Source: an uncultured Clostridium sp. (GTDB lineage: Bacteria; Bacillota; Clostridia; TANB77; CAG-508). From it: 64,000 bases of DNA. Made by a program: the position numbers and the translations under genes. Position 1 is the stretch's first letter. Every line of letters starts with the position of its first letter. Below are positions 1-9,589 of the stretch, one piece after another. Under the pieces are notes generated by a model. The model ran no database searches and was not told where the DNA came from. It worked only from the letters and a program-made list of their open reading frames with translations. The stretch is taken from contig CAMMWP010000003.1 of the NCBI GenBank assembly GCA_946500615.1, positions 20,756 to 84,755 on the forward strand, read 5' to 3'.

Positions 1-1692
1 AGAGAAGCTTTAAAAACATTGAGAACATTAAATGGAATTGCAGGATTTCCTAAAACAAATGAGTCCAAATATGATTGTTTCAATACAGGACATAGTAGTA
101 CATCTATATCAGCAGCTTTAGGAATGGCAAGAGCGAGAGATTTGAAACAAGAAAACTATTCTGTGTTAGCTGTGATTGGCGATGGAGCAATGACAGGAGG
201 TATGGCATTAGAAGCATTAAATGATGTGGGATATAGTAAAACAAAAATGACCATTATTTTAAATGATAATGAAATGAGCATTTCACCTAATATTGGTGGA
301 TTAAATATGCTACTTAGCAAATTACGAACCAAAAAGATGTATACCAGATCAAATGTTATAATGAAGAAAAGAATCAACCAAATACCAGTTGTTGGAAAAC
401 CAATTGTCAAAATGGTACAAATCGTAAAAAGAAGTATCAAACAATTGATTATACCAAAAATGTTTTTTGAAGATATTGGTTTTACATATTTAGGACCAGT
501 TGATGGGCATAACTTAGAAGAATTACAAAGTATCTTAACTTTAAGCAAACAAATTGACAATCCTGTACTGATTCATGTATTAACTAAAAAAGGAAAAGGA
601 TATGAAATAGCAGAAAAAAATCCAGATAAATTTCATGCAACTGGGCCATTTTATATAGAAACAGGAAAAAGTAGAAAAGAAAAAGGAAAAGATTATTCAA
701 AAGTATTTGGAGATAAAATCATTAAACTTGCAGAAAAAAATGAAAAGATTGTAGCCATTACAGCTTCTATGAAAGATGGAACAGGTTTAACAGCATTTAG
801 TAAAGCATTTCCTAGTCGATTTTTTGATATAGGTATTGCTGAACAGCATGCATTGGGAATGGCAGCAGGAATGGCAATCGATGGCATGATACCAATTGTT
901 CCGATATATTCTTCCTTTTATCAAAGAGCTTATGATCAAGTGATTCATGATATTGCTCTTCAAAATTTACCAGTGATTATGTGTGTAGATAGAGCAGGGG
1001 TAGTGGGAGCTGATGGAGAGACACATCAAGGAACCTTCGATATGGCATTTTTTAGATTAGTTCCCAATTTAACGATTATGGCACCAAAAGATTTCAAAGA
1101 ATTAGAGGATATGCTAGAATTTGCAGTAAATTTAAAAAAGCCAGTTGTCATTCGTTATCCAAGAGGAGGAGAAGATAAACAACCTTTTGAGAAACATGAA
1201 GGAATAGAAGAGGGAAAAGCAGAAATTTTAAAAGAAGGAAAAGATATATCCATCGTTACAATTGGAAAAACAGTATCAAAAGGAATAAAAATTGCTAAAA
1301 AACTTCAAAATATAAATATTGATGCAGAAGTGATAAATGTTCGATTTTTAAAACCATTAGATATAAAAACATTAACAGAGTCTATTGAAAAGACAAAGCA
1401 AGTGATTACGATAGAGGATGGAACCATTATGAATGGATTAGGTACAGCTATCAAAGAATGTATCATAGATAATCATATGGAAGATGTGAAAATAAAAGCA
1501 TATGCTTATCCAGATGAATTTATTAGGCATGGAAGTGTGGATGAATTGGAAAAAATATACTATTTAGATGAAGAATATATAGTAGAAGATATACAAAGAT
1601 TCATGGGATTAAGGACAAATGGAGAAAATCAAATGACAACAGAAACAGATAAGCAAGAAAATAAACAGGAAGAAGAAAGCCTTATGGTATAA
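1..1692 (+). CDS. dxs: 1-deoxy-D-xylulose-5-phosphate synthase (5' partial, gene starts upstream of window)
   Basis: Frame 1 is open from base 1. The translation carries Dxs/transketolase-type motifs (GHSSTSISAALGMA, AVIGDGAMTGGMALEALN, IAEQHA) followed by pyrimidine-binding and C-terminal domains. Confidence 0.92.
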   Translation, partial: REALKTLRTLNGIAGFPKTNESKYDCFNTGHSSTSISAALGMARARDLKQENYSVLAVIGDGAMTGGMALEALNDVGYSKTKMTIILNDNEMSISPNIGGLNMLLSKLRTKKMYTRSNVIMKKRINQIPVVGKPIVKMVQIVKRSIKQLIIPKMFFEDIGFTYLGPVDGHNLEELQSILTLSKQIDNPVLIHVLTKKGKGYEIAEKNPDKFHATGPFYIETGKSRKEKGKDYSKVFGDKIIKLAEKNEKIVAITASMKDGTGLTAFSKAFPSRFFDIGIAEQHALGMAAGMAIDGMIPIVPIYSSFYQRAYDQVIHDIALQNLPVIMCVDRAGVVGADGETHQGTFDMAFFRLVPNLTIMAPKDFKELEDMLEFAVNLKKPVVIRYPRGGEDKQPFEKHEGIEEGKAEILKEGKDISIVTIGKTVSKGIKIAKKLQNINIDAEVINVRFLKPLDIKTLTESIEKTKQVITIEDGTIMNGLGTAIKECIIDNHMEDVKIKAYAYPDEFIRHGSVDELEKIYYLDEEYIVEDIQRFMGLRTNGENQMTTETDKQENKQEEESLMV

Positions 1693-1737
1693 AGATAGAA
1701 AAAATGAAAAGGATATAATAGGAGAGAAGAAACATAT

Positions 1738-2541
1738 ATGAATAAACAAGAATTATTAAAAGATTATAAAAAGCAAGATGATAAATTATGTCTAGCACAA
1801 GTATTGGACAAAATAGAAATATCTTCTAAAAAAGACAAAATAGAATATACTGACTTTTTAGATATGTATCAAGTAGCCTTAGTGGAAAATTTTTTAAGAA
1901 AAATACAATTTCAACATTTTAAACTATATGGTGGATATGAGGAAGCTGAAAGAAAGATATTGATGATATATCCAGAAAGATATGATACTATCATGTTACA
2001 AAAAAACTATGATAAAATTTTGAAAGTAGTAAGAATCCAGTTACCAGAAGAGGAGAAAGGAAAATATTCACATAGAAATTATTTAGGCGGAATTGTAAAA
2101 CTAGGCTTAAAAAGGGAAAAAGTAGGAGATATTCTTGTAGGAGAAGAAGGAGCAGATATTGTAACAGTAAATGATTTTGCAGAAGTTTTAGAAACACAAT
2201 TGCCATCACTTACAAGATTTGAAAATGCAAGTATACAAATAGAGGAGATACAAAATATAAGAAATTTGGAAATAAAAGTAGAAGAAATTAGCATTATTGT
2301 TCCTTCATTACGATTAGATAATATCGTATCAGATTTGGCGAGAACTTCTAGAAGTAAGGCTTCGGAAATTATTTCACAGGAAAGGGTTTTTGTTAATGGG
2401 CAAAATGAAACGAAAAATTCAAAACAAGTGAAGTGTGGAGACATCATTACTATTAGAGGAAAGGGAAGATTTGTTGTTAAAGAGTTTACAGGTACTACTA
2501 GAAGTGGGAGAACGGTTGTATTAGTAGAGAAATATGTCTGA
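1738..2541 (+). CDS. ylmH: YlmH-like RNA-binding protein with C-terminal S4 domain
   Basis: GGAG-type RBS before the ATG. Collinear similarity to B. subtilis YlmH (GGY..AERK, LG.KR.K.GDI) and an S4 segment SLRLDNIVSDLARTSRSKASEII. Confidence 0.75.
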   Translation: MNKQELLKDYKKQDDKLCLAQVLDKIEISSKKDKIEYTDFLDMYQVALVENFLRKIQFQHFKLYGGYEEAERKILMIYPERYDTIMLQKNYDKILKVVRIQLPEEEKGKYSHRNYLGGIVKLGLKREKVGDILVGEEGADIVTVNDFAEVLETQLPSLTRFENASIQIEEIQNIRNLEIKVEEISIIVPSLRLDNIVSDLARTSRSKASEIISQERVFVNGQNETKNSKQVKCGDIITIRGKGRFVVKEFTGTTRSGRTVVLVEKYV

Positions 2542-2591
2542 ACATTGGGGACAGGCCAAAATGGACAAAAAATGTCCAAAAGTGACAGAAC
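2540..2591. repeat. Copy of the GGGGACAG / AAATGGACA intergenic repeat family
   Basis: gaacattggggacaggccaaaatggacaaaaaatgtcc. Related copies are at 5250, 11458, 25663, 42736 and 55066. Confidence 0.55.
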
Positions 2592-2656
2592 TTTTAGCAG
2601 TATTTTTGAGAATATAAAGTTGCAAGAAGATGAAAAAGAAAGAGGAAAATAGTGAA

Positions 2657-3778
2657 TTATTTTTCTCTTTCTTTTTTCATGAGAATAGCATCATAGGTAT
2701 TATTATAATATCGTTTCCTTCTGCCACACTCTGTAAAGCCAAATTTTTGATATAAAGAAATGGCGGAAAAATTTTCTTCATTTACTTCGAGATGGACAGT
2801 TTTAATATGTTTTTCTTCACAAAATGTAAAAATATTATGCAACAACAAAGAAGCAACTCCTTGTCTCCTATAATCTTTTTTAACAGCAATATTCATGATA
2901 TCAGCTTCATCTATCACTAGTTTTATTCCAGCAAATCCAACCAATTCATTTTCATATTTTGCACAAATAAATTGAGAAGTTTCACTTGATAATTCTTCTT
3001 CTAAAATATCCATATTCCAAAAATCATCAAATTGTTTCAAATCTAAATTTTCTAAATCAGAACACTTCATAACTTCAACAACCATACTTTTTTCTTCCAA
3101 CTGTCTTTGCGCTTGAGGCTTTTTTAAATAAAGGGGAAGAAGGCTTTTATCTTTACCAAATTGTGTATAATGATTGATGCCAGCGATTCCTAGAGAATAG
3201 ACATCAACATTAGCAGATTTTTTATTGTCATATACAACAAAATTAGATGAGGATATTTCAATTTTGTCTTTATATACTTCACAAGCATCTCCAACAAAAG
3301 TAATTGTTGTATGGGGATATTTGTAACTTAGAAACGTTAAACAGTTTTCAACACTATCTGCTTTAGGAGCTTGCAACAGAGTATAATGTTCATTTTCTAA
3401 TTGATAGACAGCAAAATAGCAATTATCATTTTTGCAATCAATCATACTACAAATCATACCATCTTCTTTTATAGAATAAGCGAATCCTTCAAGGGAGGAA
3501 ATGCCCACAGAAGGGATTTGCAAACTATCTGAGAAAGCTCTAACAGTTGCAACACCAATTCGAATACCAGTAAAAGAACCGGGACCGATATCACAAACCA
3601 ATAAATCCATTTGAGATAACGTGAAATTTGTTTCCTCTAATATTTCTTTTATGAGTGGCATTAAACTTTCTGAATGTGTTAACCCATTATTTCGTTCTAT
3701 TTTTTTTATTAAATTTTCATTTTCTAATATAGCGACACTACAAATTTTACTAGAAGTTTCAATACTTAATACTTTCAA
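2657..3778 (-). CDS. tsaB: Fusion of TsaB (t6A biosynthesis) with RimI-type GNAT acetyltransferase
   Basis: The N-terminal half reads KVLSIETSS...GPGSFTGIRIG (TsaB). The C-terminal half is a GNAT fold (RRQGVASLLL, LEVNEEN..AISLY.KFGF). Likely TTG start at 3778, 7 nt after GGAG. The ORF-track ATG at 3802 has no RBS. Confidence 0.75.
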   Translation of the reverse strand: MKVLSIETSSKICSVAILENENLIKKIERNNGLTHSESLMPLIKEILEETNFTLSQMDLLVCDIGPGSFTGIRIGVATVRAFSDSLQIPSVGISSLEGFAYSIKEDGMICSMIDCKNDNCYFAVYQLENEHYTLLQAPKADSVENCLTFLSYKYPHTTITFVGDACEVYKDKIEISSSNFVVYDNKKSANVDVYSLGIAGINHYTQFGKDKSLLPLYLKKPQAQRQLEEKSMVVEVMKCSDLENLDLKQFDDFWNMDILEEELSSETSQFICAKYENELVGFAGIKLVIDEADIMNIAVKKDYRRQGVASLLLHNIFTFCEEKHIKTVHLEVNEENFSAISLYQKFGFTECGRRKRYYNNTYDAILMKKEREK

Positions 3779-3814
3779 TTTTATTCTCCTTATACAATTC
3801 AAAAATACTATCTT

Positions 3815-4279
3815 TTATATCAATTTATTTAATATTTTATCATATTTTTTACCACAAGAAGTGATATATAAAATTCTAATATTTTCATCATGCTTATCTC
3901 TTTCAAATCGAATATGTATATAGTCGTTAGGAAGAGCATCTTGAATGATTTCTCCCCATTCAATGATACAAATTCCATTTTCAAAGTATTCTTCTCCACC
4001 AATAGCATAAAATTCAGAAGAATCTTCTAAACGATATACATCAAAGTGAAAAATGTTTATATCATCTTTTATATATTCATTTACGATGGTAAAAGTGGGA
4101 CTAGATATTTCATTTTCTAATCCATAATATGTTAAAAATCCTTCTGTCAATTTTGTTTTTCCTGACCCTAGCTCTCCGGTTAAAACAATTGTATCACCTT
4201 TTTTTAAGAAACTAGCTATGTTTTTTCCAAAATCTAATGTTTCTTTTTCGTTATGAGATATTAATGTTATTTGTTTCAT
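3815..4279 (-). CDS. tsaE: tRNA t6A biosynthesis ATPase TsaE
   Basis: Walker A GELGSGKTKLTEG, then SPTFTIVNEY and HFDVYRL motifs. Sits directly upstream of tsaB. ATG at 4279 follows an AGAGG RBS. Confidence 0.85.
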   Translation of the reverse strand: MKQITLISHNEKETLDFGKNIASFLKKGDTIVLTGELGSGKTKLTEGFLTYYGLENEISSPTFTIVNEYIKDDINIFHFDVYRLEDSSEFYAIGGEEYFENGICIIEWGEIIQDALPNDYIHIRFERDKHDENIRILYITSCGKKYDKILNKLI

Positions 4280-4461
4280 ATACACCTCTAATTTTATATT
4301 TTCAAGCAGTATTATACTATATATTTACAAAAAACACAAATAAAAATAAAATAGTAGTCATATTTTTATTACATTTCCATGACATTCAAAAAAAATGTTG
4401 AAATATGTGAATAGTTCATATATAATAAAATTGTATGAAACTTTAACAAAGGAGGAAGCAT

Positions 4462-5250
4462 ATGGATACATTTGCCAATTACATTTTAGACGAAAAAGAC
4501 ATAGCTTCTAAAATGGAAATAACCTATTACTTAGCCAAAAAAACAAGAATATTCTTTGACAAATCTGTTATTTTCAAAACAGAAATAGCAAGAATGTTTA
4601 TAGATTATATGAAAGTAGATGTAGACAAAAATTTAATTATAACAGCATGTCTATTATGTAATTGTAAGAAAATAGACAATGCACAAGACATAGAAAAAAT
4701 TCATACATATGCAAAAGAAGGAGCAGATTATTTATTAACATTAGGATTTGATAAAAGATTTTGCAAAATCTGTGAAGAAATTAATCGATATAGTAATAGC
4801 AATCCAAGAGAAAGAGAAAGTGATGTGTTAGAACTAGTAGACCAATTTGGAGGAATGTTATTAGATAGACCAGAAAGGATTGGGTTTCAGCCAGATGAAG
4901 CAATGGTATTACTAGAACATAGGAATTTGAAAAATCAATATAATCGATTTTTACATACATTTGGAGAATTTGTTCAAATGATGGAAAAATTGGAATTAAA
5001 TGAATTAACTTCTATGAAGGCATTAAGAAGACTTGTAAAAATACATAATCAATCACAAGATATAAAAACATTTATTAAAAAAGTATGTTATGAATATCAG
5101 CCGAAAATAGATAAAGTAGTATCAGAATATAGAAAAGAAATAAAAACAGAAATGTTTAAAGACGTTAATAGACCATTGTTTAGTGAAGAAACAACCAAAA
5201 AAATATTAGCACATATTGCAGAAGAAAATATGCAAGAAGAAAAACAATAG
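4462..5250 (+). CDS. Hypothetical protein (262 aa)
   Basis: Long ORF with an AGGAGG RBS. No motif recognised. Confidence 0.5.
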   Translation: MDTFANYILDEKDIASKMEITYYLAKKTRIFFDKSVIFKTEIARMFIDYMKVDVDKNLIITACLLCNCKKIDNAQDIEKIHTYAKEGADYLLTLGFDKRFCKICEEINRYSNSNPRERESDVLELVDQFGGMLLDRPERIGFQPDEAMVLLEHRNLKNQYNRFLHTFGEFVQMMEKLELNELTSMKALRRLVKIHNQSQDIKTFIKKVCYEYQPKIDKVVSEYRKEIKTEMFKDVNRPLFSEETTKKILAHIAEENMQEEKQ

Positions 5251-5389
5251 GGACGTGTCAAATCGTTCCATTTTTTATATAATAAGAAAGTTATTGTATA
5301 AAAAACGCTATGCGATACAGATGCACACAAATTTTGACTTACGTAAAATAGGACTGTTTTTATATAGAAATTAAAAGAGAGGTATAAAA

Positions 5390-6577
5390 ATGTACGAAAT
5401 ATTTGCAGATTTACATGTACACATAGGAAGAAGTGAAAATGGAAAACCAATAAAAATAACGGCCGCTAGGTCTTTGAATTTTGCAAACATTGCAAAAGAA
5501 TGTGTAGACAGAAAAGGAATTCAAGTAGTTGGAATCATAGATTGTGCTTCCCCATATGTTATAGAAGATATAGAGAAATTTTTAAAAACAGGAGATGCAT
5601 ATGAATTAAAAGATGGAGGAATTATCTATAAAGACAAAGTATGTATCCTTTTAGGAAGTGAAGTAGAAACATCAGAAGAGGGAAGAAATGGAAAAAAAGG
5701 TTCTGCACACAATATTTGTTTTTTCCCTCATCTAGTAGATATTAAAGGATTTTCTAATGAATTAAGTCATCATTTAAAAAACATCACACTAAGTACCCAA
5801 AGGTCTGATCTATCAGGATATGATTTAATAGATATGGTAGAGAGATATCATGGAATATTAATTCCAGCACATATATTTACACCACACAAAAGTTATTATG
5901 GAAACTGTACAGACCGATTGCAAACTATATTTAAAGAAAAATATGATAAAATATTTGCTGTTGAATTGGGATTAAGTTCAGATACCTATTTAGCAGATAT
6001 GATTTCAGAATTAGAAAATAAGACATTTGTGACCAATTCTGATGCCCACTCTTTACCTAAAATTGCAAGAGAATATAATAAAATGCAAGTAGAAGATATT
6101 TCATTCAAAGAAATTGTAAAGGCTTTAAAGAATGAAGATGGAAGAAAAGTAGTTGCGAATTATGGATTAGATCCAAAACTTGGAAAATATCACAGAACAT
6201 ATTGTGACGATTGTGAAAAAGCAATAGAAACAAAGGAACCTGTTGATATTTGTCCATATTGTGGAGGAAACAATGTGACTTTTGGGGTTTTTGATAGGAT
6301 AGAGCTAATTCGAGACAAAGAAGAATCAATCAGTCCCCCAAATAGACCACCATATGTTTATCAAGTGCCATTAGGATTTATTCCGGGTGTAGGAGGAAAA
6401 ACAATTACAAAACTGTTAGATACCTTTGATACAGAAATGAATATTTTACATAGATTATCAAAAGATGATATAGAAGCAGTGGTAGGAGAAAAGATTGCAG
6501 ATACCATTGAAAAAGCCAGAAATGGCAAATGTAAAGTACAATCCGGAGGCGGAGGAAATTACGGAAAAGTGATATAA
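5390..6577 (+). CDS. PHP-domain protein of the endonuclease Q (TIGR00375-like) family
   Basis: N-terminal ADLHVHIGR metal motif, further His/Asp motifs (SDAHS) and a C-terminal CxxC...CxxC zinc ribbon (YCDDCEK...CPYCGG). Confidence 0.6.
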   Translation: MYEIFADLHVHIGRSENGKPIKITAARSLNFANIAKECVDRKGIQVVGIIDCASPYVIEDIEKFLKTGDAYELKDGGIIYKDKVCILLGSEVETSEEGRNGKKGSAHNICFFPHLVDIKGFSNELSHHLKNITLSTQRSDLSGYDLIDMVERYHGILIPAHIFTPHKSYYGNCTDRLQTIFKEKYDKIFAVELGLSSDTYLADMISELENKTFVTNSDAHSLPKIAREYNKMQVEDISFKEIVKALKNEDGRKVVANYGLDPKLGKYHRTYCDDCEKAIETKEPVDICPYCGGNNVTFGVFDRIELIRDKEESISPPNRPPYVYQVPLGFIPGVGGKTITKLLDTFDTEMNILHRLSKDDIEAVVGEKIADTIEKARNGKCKVQSGGGGNYGKVI

Positions 6578-6661
6578 AGTGAATTAAAAATTAATTAAAA
6601 ATGTAGTTCTATAAATCTTCTTATTGAATACACATTATGTATAAACAATAAGGAGATTTTT

Positions 6662-7300
6662 ATGAAGGACAAAAAAGAGATTAAAGTATTAAAGGTTATA
6701 AAACAACATATTATAAACAATAAAAAGGAATATGCGATTGTATTTCTCATTTTTATCATAGGAATATTTAGTGGTGTTTTTTTTATAAACCATATGCAAG
6801 AACAAGCTAGAACAGAAATAACCAATTATTTAAATCAATTTATAGAAAAATTCAAATCATTAGAAAATATCAATCATATAGAATTATTGAAAAATTCTAT
6901 GATACAAAATGGTATACTAGCACTTATTATATGGTTTTTTGGCACAACCGTAATTGGAATACCAGTTGTTTTTGGAATCATTTTATATAGAGGATTTTGC
7001 TTAGGATATACCATTTCACTGTGTATAACAATTATGGGATTAGGTAAAGGATTAAGTTTTGTTTTTATAACATTATTCTTGCAAAATCTCTTATTGATTC
7101 CTGCCATTTTAGCATTGGCAGTTAGTGGTCTGAAATTATATAAATCAATTGTAAAAGATAAAAGAAAAGAAAATATAAAATTAGAAATTTTAAGACATAC
7201 AATGTTTTCTTTTATTATGTTGATAGTGATAATGATATCATCAGCAATCGAAATATTTATGTCAATAAATGGGCTTAAATTATTTATCAAATATTTTTAA
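6662..7300 (+). CDS. spoIIM: Stage II sporulation protein M
   Basis: Polytopic membrane protein collinear with B. subtilis SpoIIM, including FLQNLLLIPA (Bsu: LPQNLLLIPA). AGGAG RBS. Confidence 0.88.
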   Translation: MKDKKEIKVLKVIKQHIINNKKEYAIVFLIFIIGIFSGVFFINHMQEQARTEITNYLNQFIEKFKSLENINHIELLKNSMIQNGILALIIWFFGTTVIGIPVVFGIILYRGFCLGYTISLCITIMGLGKGLSFVFITLFLQNLLLIPAILALAVSGLKLYKSIVKDKRKENIKLEILRHTMFSFIMLIVIMISSAIEIFMSINGLKLFIKYF

Positions 7301-7399
7301 AAAATATTAGAAAATGTATTTACTTTTTCAAAATTCTTTGATATAACATATATAGTTTATGTAAATATAATTCAAAAAATATAGAGGTAGGGGAAAAAA

Positions 7400-8281
7400 A
7401 TGGAAAGACAATTAAAATTCTTTTTTAACTTTTTAGAGAATGATAAGAAATTATCAGAAAATACATTACAATCATATAAAAGGGATTTAAAACAATTCAG
7501 AAGATACTTGGAAGAATACGGAATTCACTATAATAGAGTGAAAGAAGAAGATATACAAAATTATATCAATGAATTACAAGAAAAGGGAAAAAAAGCTTCA
7601 AGTATTTCTAGATGTATCGCATCTATCAGATCTTTCTATCAATTTATATTAAAAAATAAAAAAGTAAAAGCAGATCCAACAGTGAATATACAATCACCAA
7701 AAATAGAAAAAAGAACACCAAATGTATTAACAGCAAAAGAAGTAGAACTTTTATTAAAACAACCAGACAATGTGGATTTAAAAGGAATAAGAGATAAAGC
7801 TATGCTAGAATTTGCATATGCTACAGGAATGAGAGTGACAGAAATTATTTCACTAAATATTGATGATGTGAACTTAGAAGAAGCCTATGTTATCTGTAAA
7901 AGTGGAAATAAACAAAGAATTATTCCATTAGGATCAATGTCATTAAAAGCATTGAAAGAATATATAGAAGAAGCAAGAGGAATTTTGATAAAGAATGAAA
8001 ATGAAAAAGCATTGTTTGTTAATATAAATGGTGGAAGACTTACAAGACAAGGATTTTGGAAAATTATTAAATTTTATAAAGAACAAGCACATATCACAAA
8101 AGATATTACACCGCATATATTAAGACATTCTTTTGCAACACATTTATTGCAGAATGGAGCAGATTTAAGAGCAATTCAAACAATGCTAGGACATTCTGAT
8201 ATATCTTCCACACAGGTATATATGCAATTTCAAGATGAAGGATTAAAAGATATTTATAGAAAAGCACATCCAAGAGCTTAA
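7400..8281 (+). CDS. xerD: Tyrosine recombinase XerD
   Basis: 293 aa. Catalytic region HILRHSFATHLLQNGADLRAIQTMLGHSDISSTQVY. The spoIIM neighbourhood matches Bacillus. Confidence 0.85.
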   Translation: MERQLKFFFNFLENDKKLSENTLQSYKRDLKQFRRYLEEYGIHYNRVKEEDIQNYINELQEKGKKASSISRCIASIRSFYQFILKNKKVKADPTVNIQSPKIEKRTPNVLTAKEVELLLKQPDNVDLKGIRDKAMLEFAYATGMRVTEIISLNIDDVNLEEAYVICKSGNKQRIIPLGSMSLKALKEYIEEARGILIKNENEKALFVNINGGRLTRQGFWKIIKFYKEQAHITKDITPHILRHSFATHLLQNGADLRAIQTMLGHSDISSTQVYMQFQDEGLKDIYRKAHPRA

Positions 8282-8300
8282 TATGAGAATATATAAAGGG

Positions 8301-8327
8301 AAAGGTAGCTATATAGTTACCTTTTTT
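8301..8327 (+). terminator. Rho-independent terminator after xerD
   Basis: aaaggtagc/gttaccttt stem followed by a T run. Confidence 0.6.
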
Positions 8328-8344
8328 GTTGCATTGTTCTTATA

Positions 8345-8574
8345 GTTACCATTCAGCCCTTCTCATCTGAGGGGATCTATATGGTATATTTTTAAGGTTC
8401 TCGGCTACCCTCCAATTGCCGTTTAAGAAATTCTAATATCTAAATCGTAACGATACCCGAAAACAGGACCCTTTACGACTTATATGTAAGAATTTCTAAA
8501 ACGATTCCGGTCGCATTCGAACTCTAAAAAATATACCATATAGATCCCTCAGATGAGAAGGGCTGAATGGTAAC
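8345..8574 (+). repeat. Foldback element copy A (conserved 124-nt core 8398-8521, ~50-bp complementary arms)
   Basis: Left arm gttaccattcagcccttctcatctgagggg... is the reverse complement of the right arm, apart from one bulge. The core is shared with copies at 39365 and 55128. Confidence 0.8.
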
Positions 8575-8679
8575 TTCGTATACAAAAAAATAAAGTGGCA
8601 CAGAAAAAAACTTGTGTATATTATAAAAGATATGATAAAATACTGTTTATATAATAAAAAAGAAAGAAAAGGATAAAAA

Positions 8680-9576
8680 ATGAAAAAAACAGATATTTTA
8701 AGAATGATTGTGGTACTTTTGGGATTATGTATGAGTATTTTAGCATTAGTCATAGCATATTTTTTTCATGCAGATATAAAAACCAGTGAGCCAAAAAAAA
8801 TAGTTGAAGAATGTAAAATTCATACATATAAATTTGAAGGAAGAAATGTATTTACCATTTCCCCAAACAGTATGAAAGAACATGAAAATGTTAATTATAT
8901 ACTATATTTTCATGGAGGGTCTTATGTAGCAGAAGCAACAGATAATCATTGGATATTTTTAGAAAAAATGGTAAAAGATACAGGATATACAGTGATTATG
9001 CCTGACTATCCCTTAACACCAAAATACAATTATAAAGATGTCTATCATATGGTAGAACCATTATATGAAAAAATAATAGAAAAGATAGGGAACAACAAAT
9101 TGATTATGATGGGAGATTCAGCAGGAGGAGGGTTAGCACTTGGATTATATGAAAAAATAGCAGAAGAAAATAAGAAACTTCCAATGAAAACGATGTTAAT
9201 ATCTCCATGGCTTGATGTGAAATTAGAAAATCAAAACATTCAAAAAATAGAAAAGAAGGATACAATCTTAAATAAAGAATTATTAAAACTAGCAGGGAGG
9301 GCCTATGCAGGAGAAGATGGTTTAAATAGTTATCTAGTAAATCCAATTGAGGGGAATTTAGGAATATTAAGAAATATTAAAATTTTTATAGGGACAGATG
9401 ATATATTAAATCCGGATTGTATAGACTTAAAAGAAAAAGCAGACATGGTAGAAGGAGAAGTAGAAATTAAAGAATATGAAAATGCAAAACATATATGGCT
9501 GATTGACAACAATTCAGAACAAAGCATAACACAGAAAGCATATAATGATATGATAGAAGAATTAAAAAATATATAA
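8680..9576 (+). CDS. Alpha/beta hydrolase, HSL/family IV esterase-like, N-terminal membrane anchor
   Basis: HGGS oxyanion-hole motif and GDSAGGGLA nucleophile elbow. N-terminal TM helix. Confidence 0.7.
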   Translation: MKKTDILRMIVVLLGLCMSILALVIAYFFHADIKTSEPKKIVEECKIHTYKFEGRNVFTISPNSMKEHENVNYILYFHGGSYVAEATDNHWIFLEKMVKDTGYTVIMPDYPLTPKYNYKDVYHMVEPLYEKIIEKIGNNKLIMMGDSAGGGLALGLYEKIAEENKKLPMKTMLISPWLDVKLENQNIQKIEKKDTILNKELLKLAGRAYAGEDGLNSYLVNPIEGNLGILRNIKIFIGTDDILNPDCIDLKEKADMVEGEVEIKEYENAKHIWLIDNNSEQSITQKAYNDMIEELKNI

Positions 9577-9589
9577 GGAGAAATATCGT

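Noticed and set aside
2079-2579. Long antisense ORFs typical of AT-rich DNA. Also 6874-7290, 58640-59137, 62190-62612, 32065-32394 and others in the track.
   Set aside because: Each is fully embedded opposite a gene with strong homology-type motifs. They show hydrophobic/Ser/Phe/Ile-rich shadow composition.
8496-8753. 85-aa ORF on the - strand spanning foldback copy A
   Set aside because: It runs through the non-coding repeat and into the esterase start region. Equivalent frames are not conserved in copies B and C.
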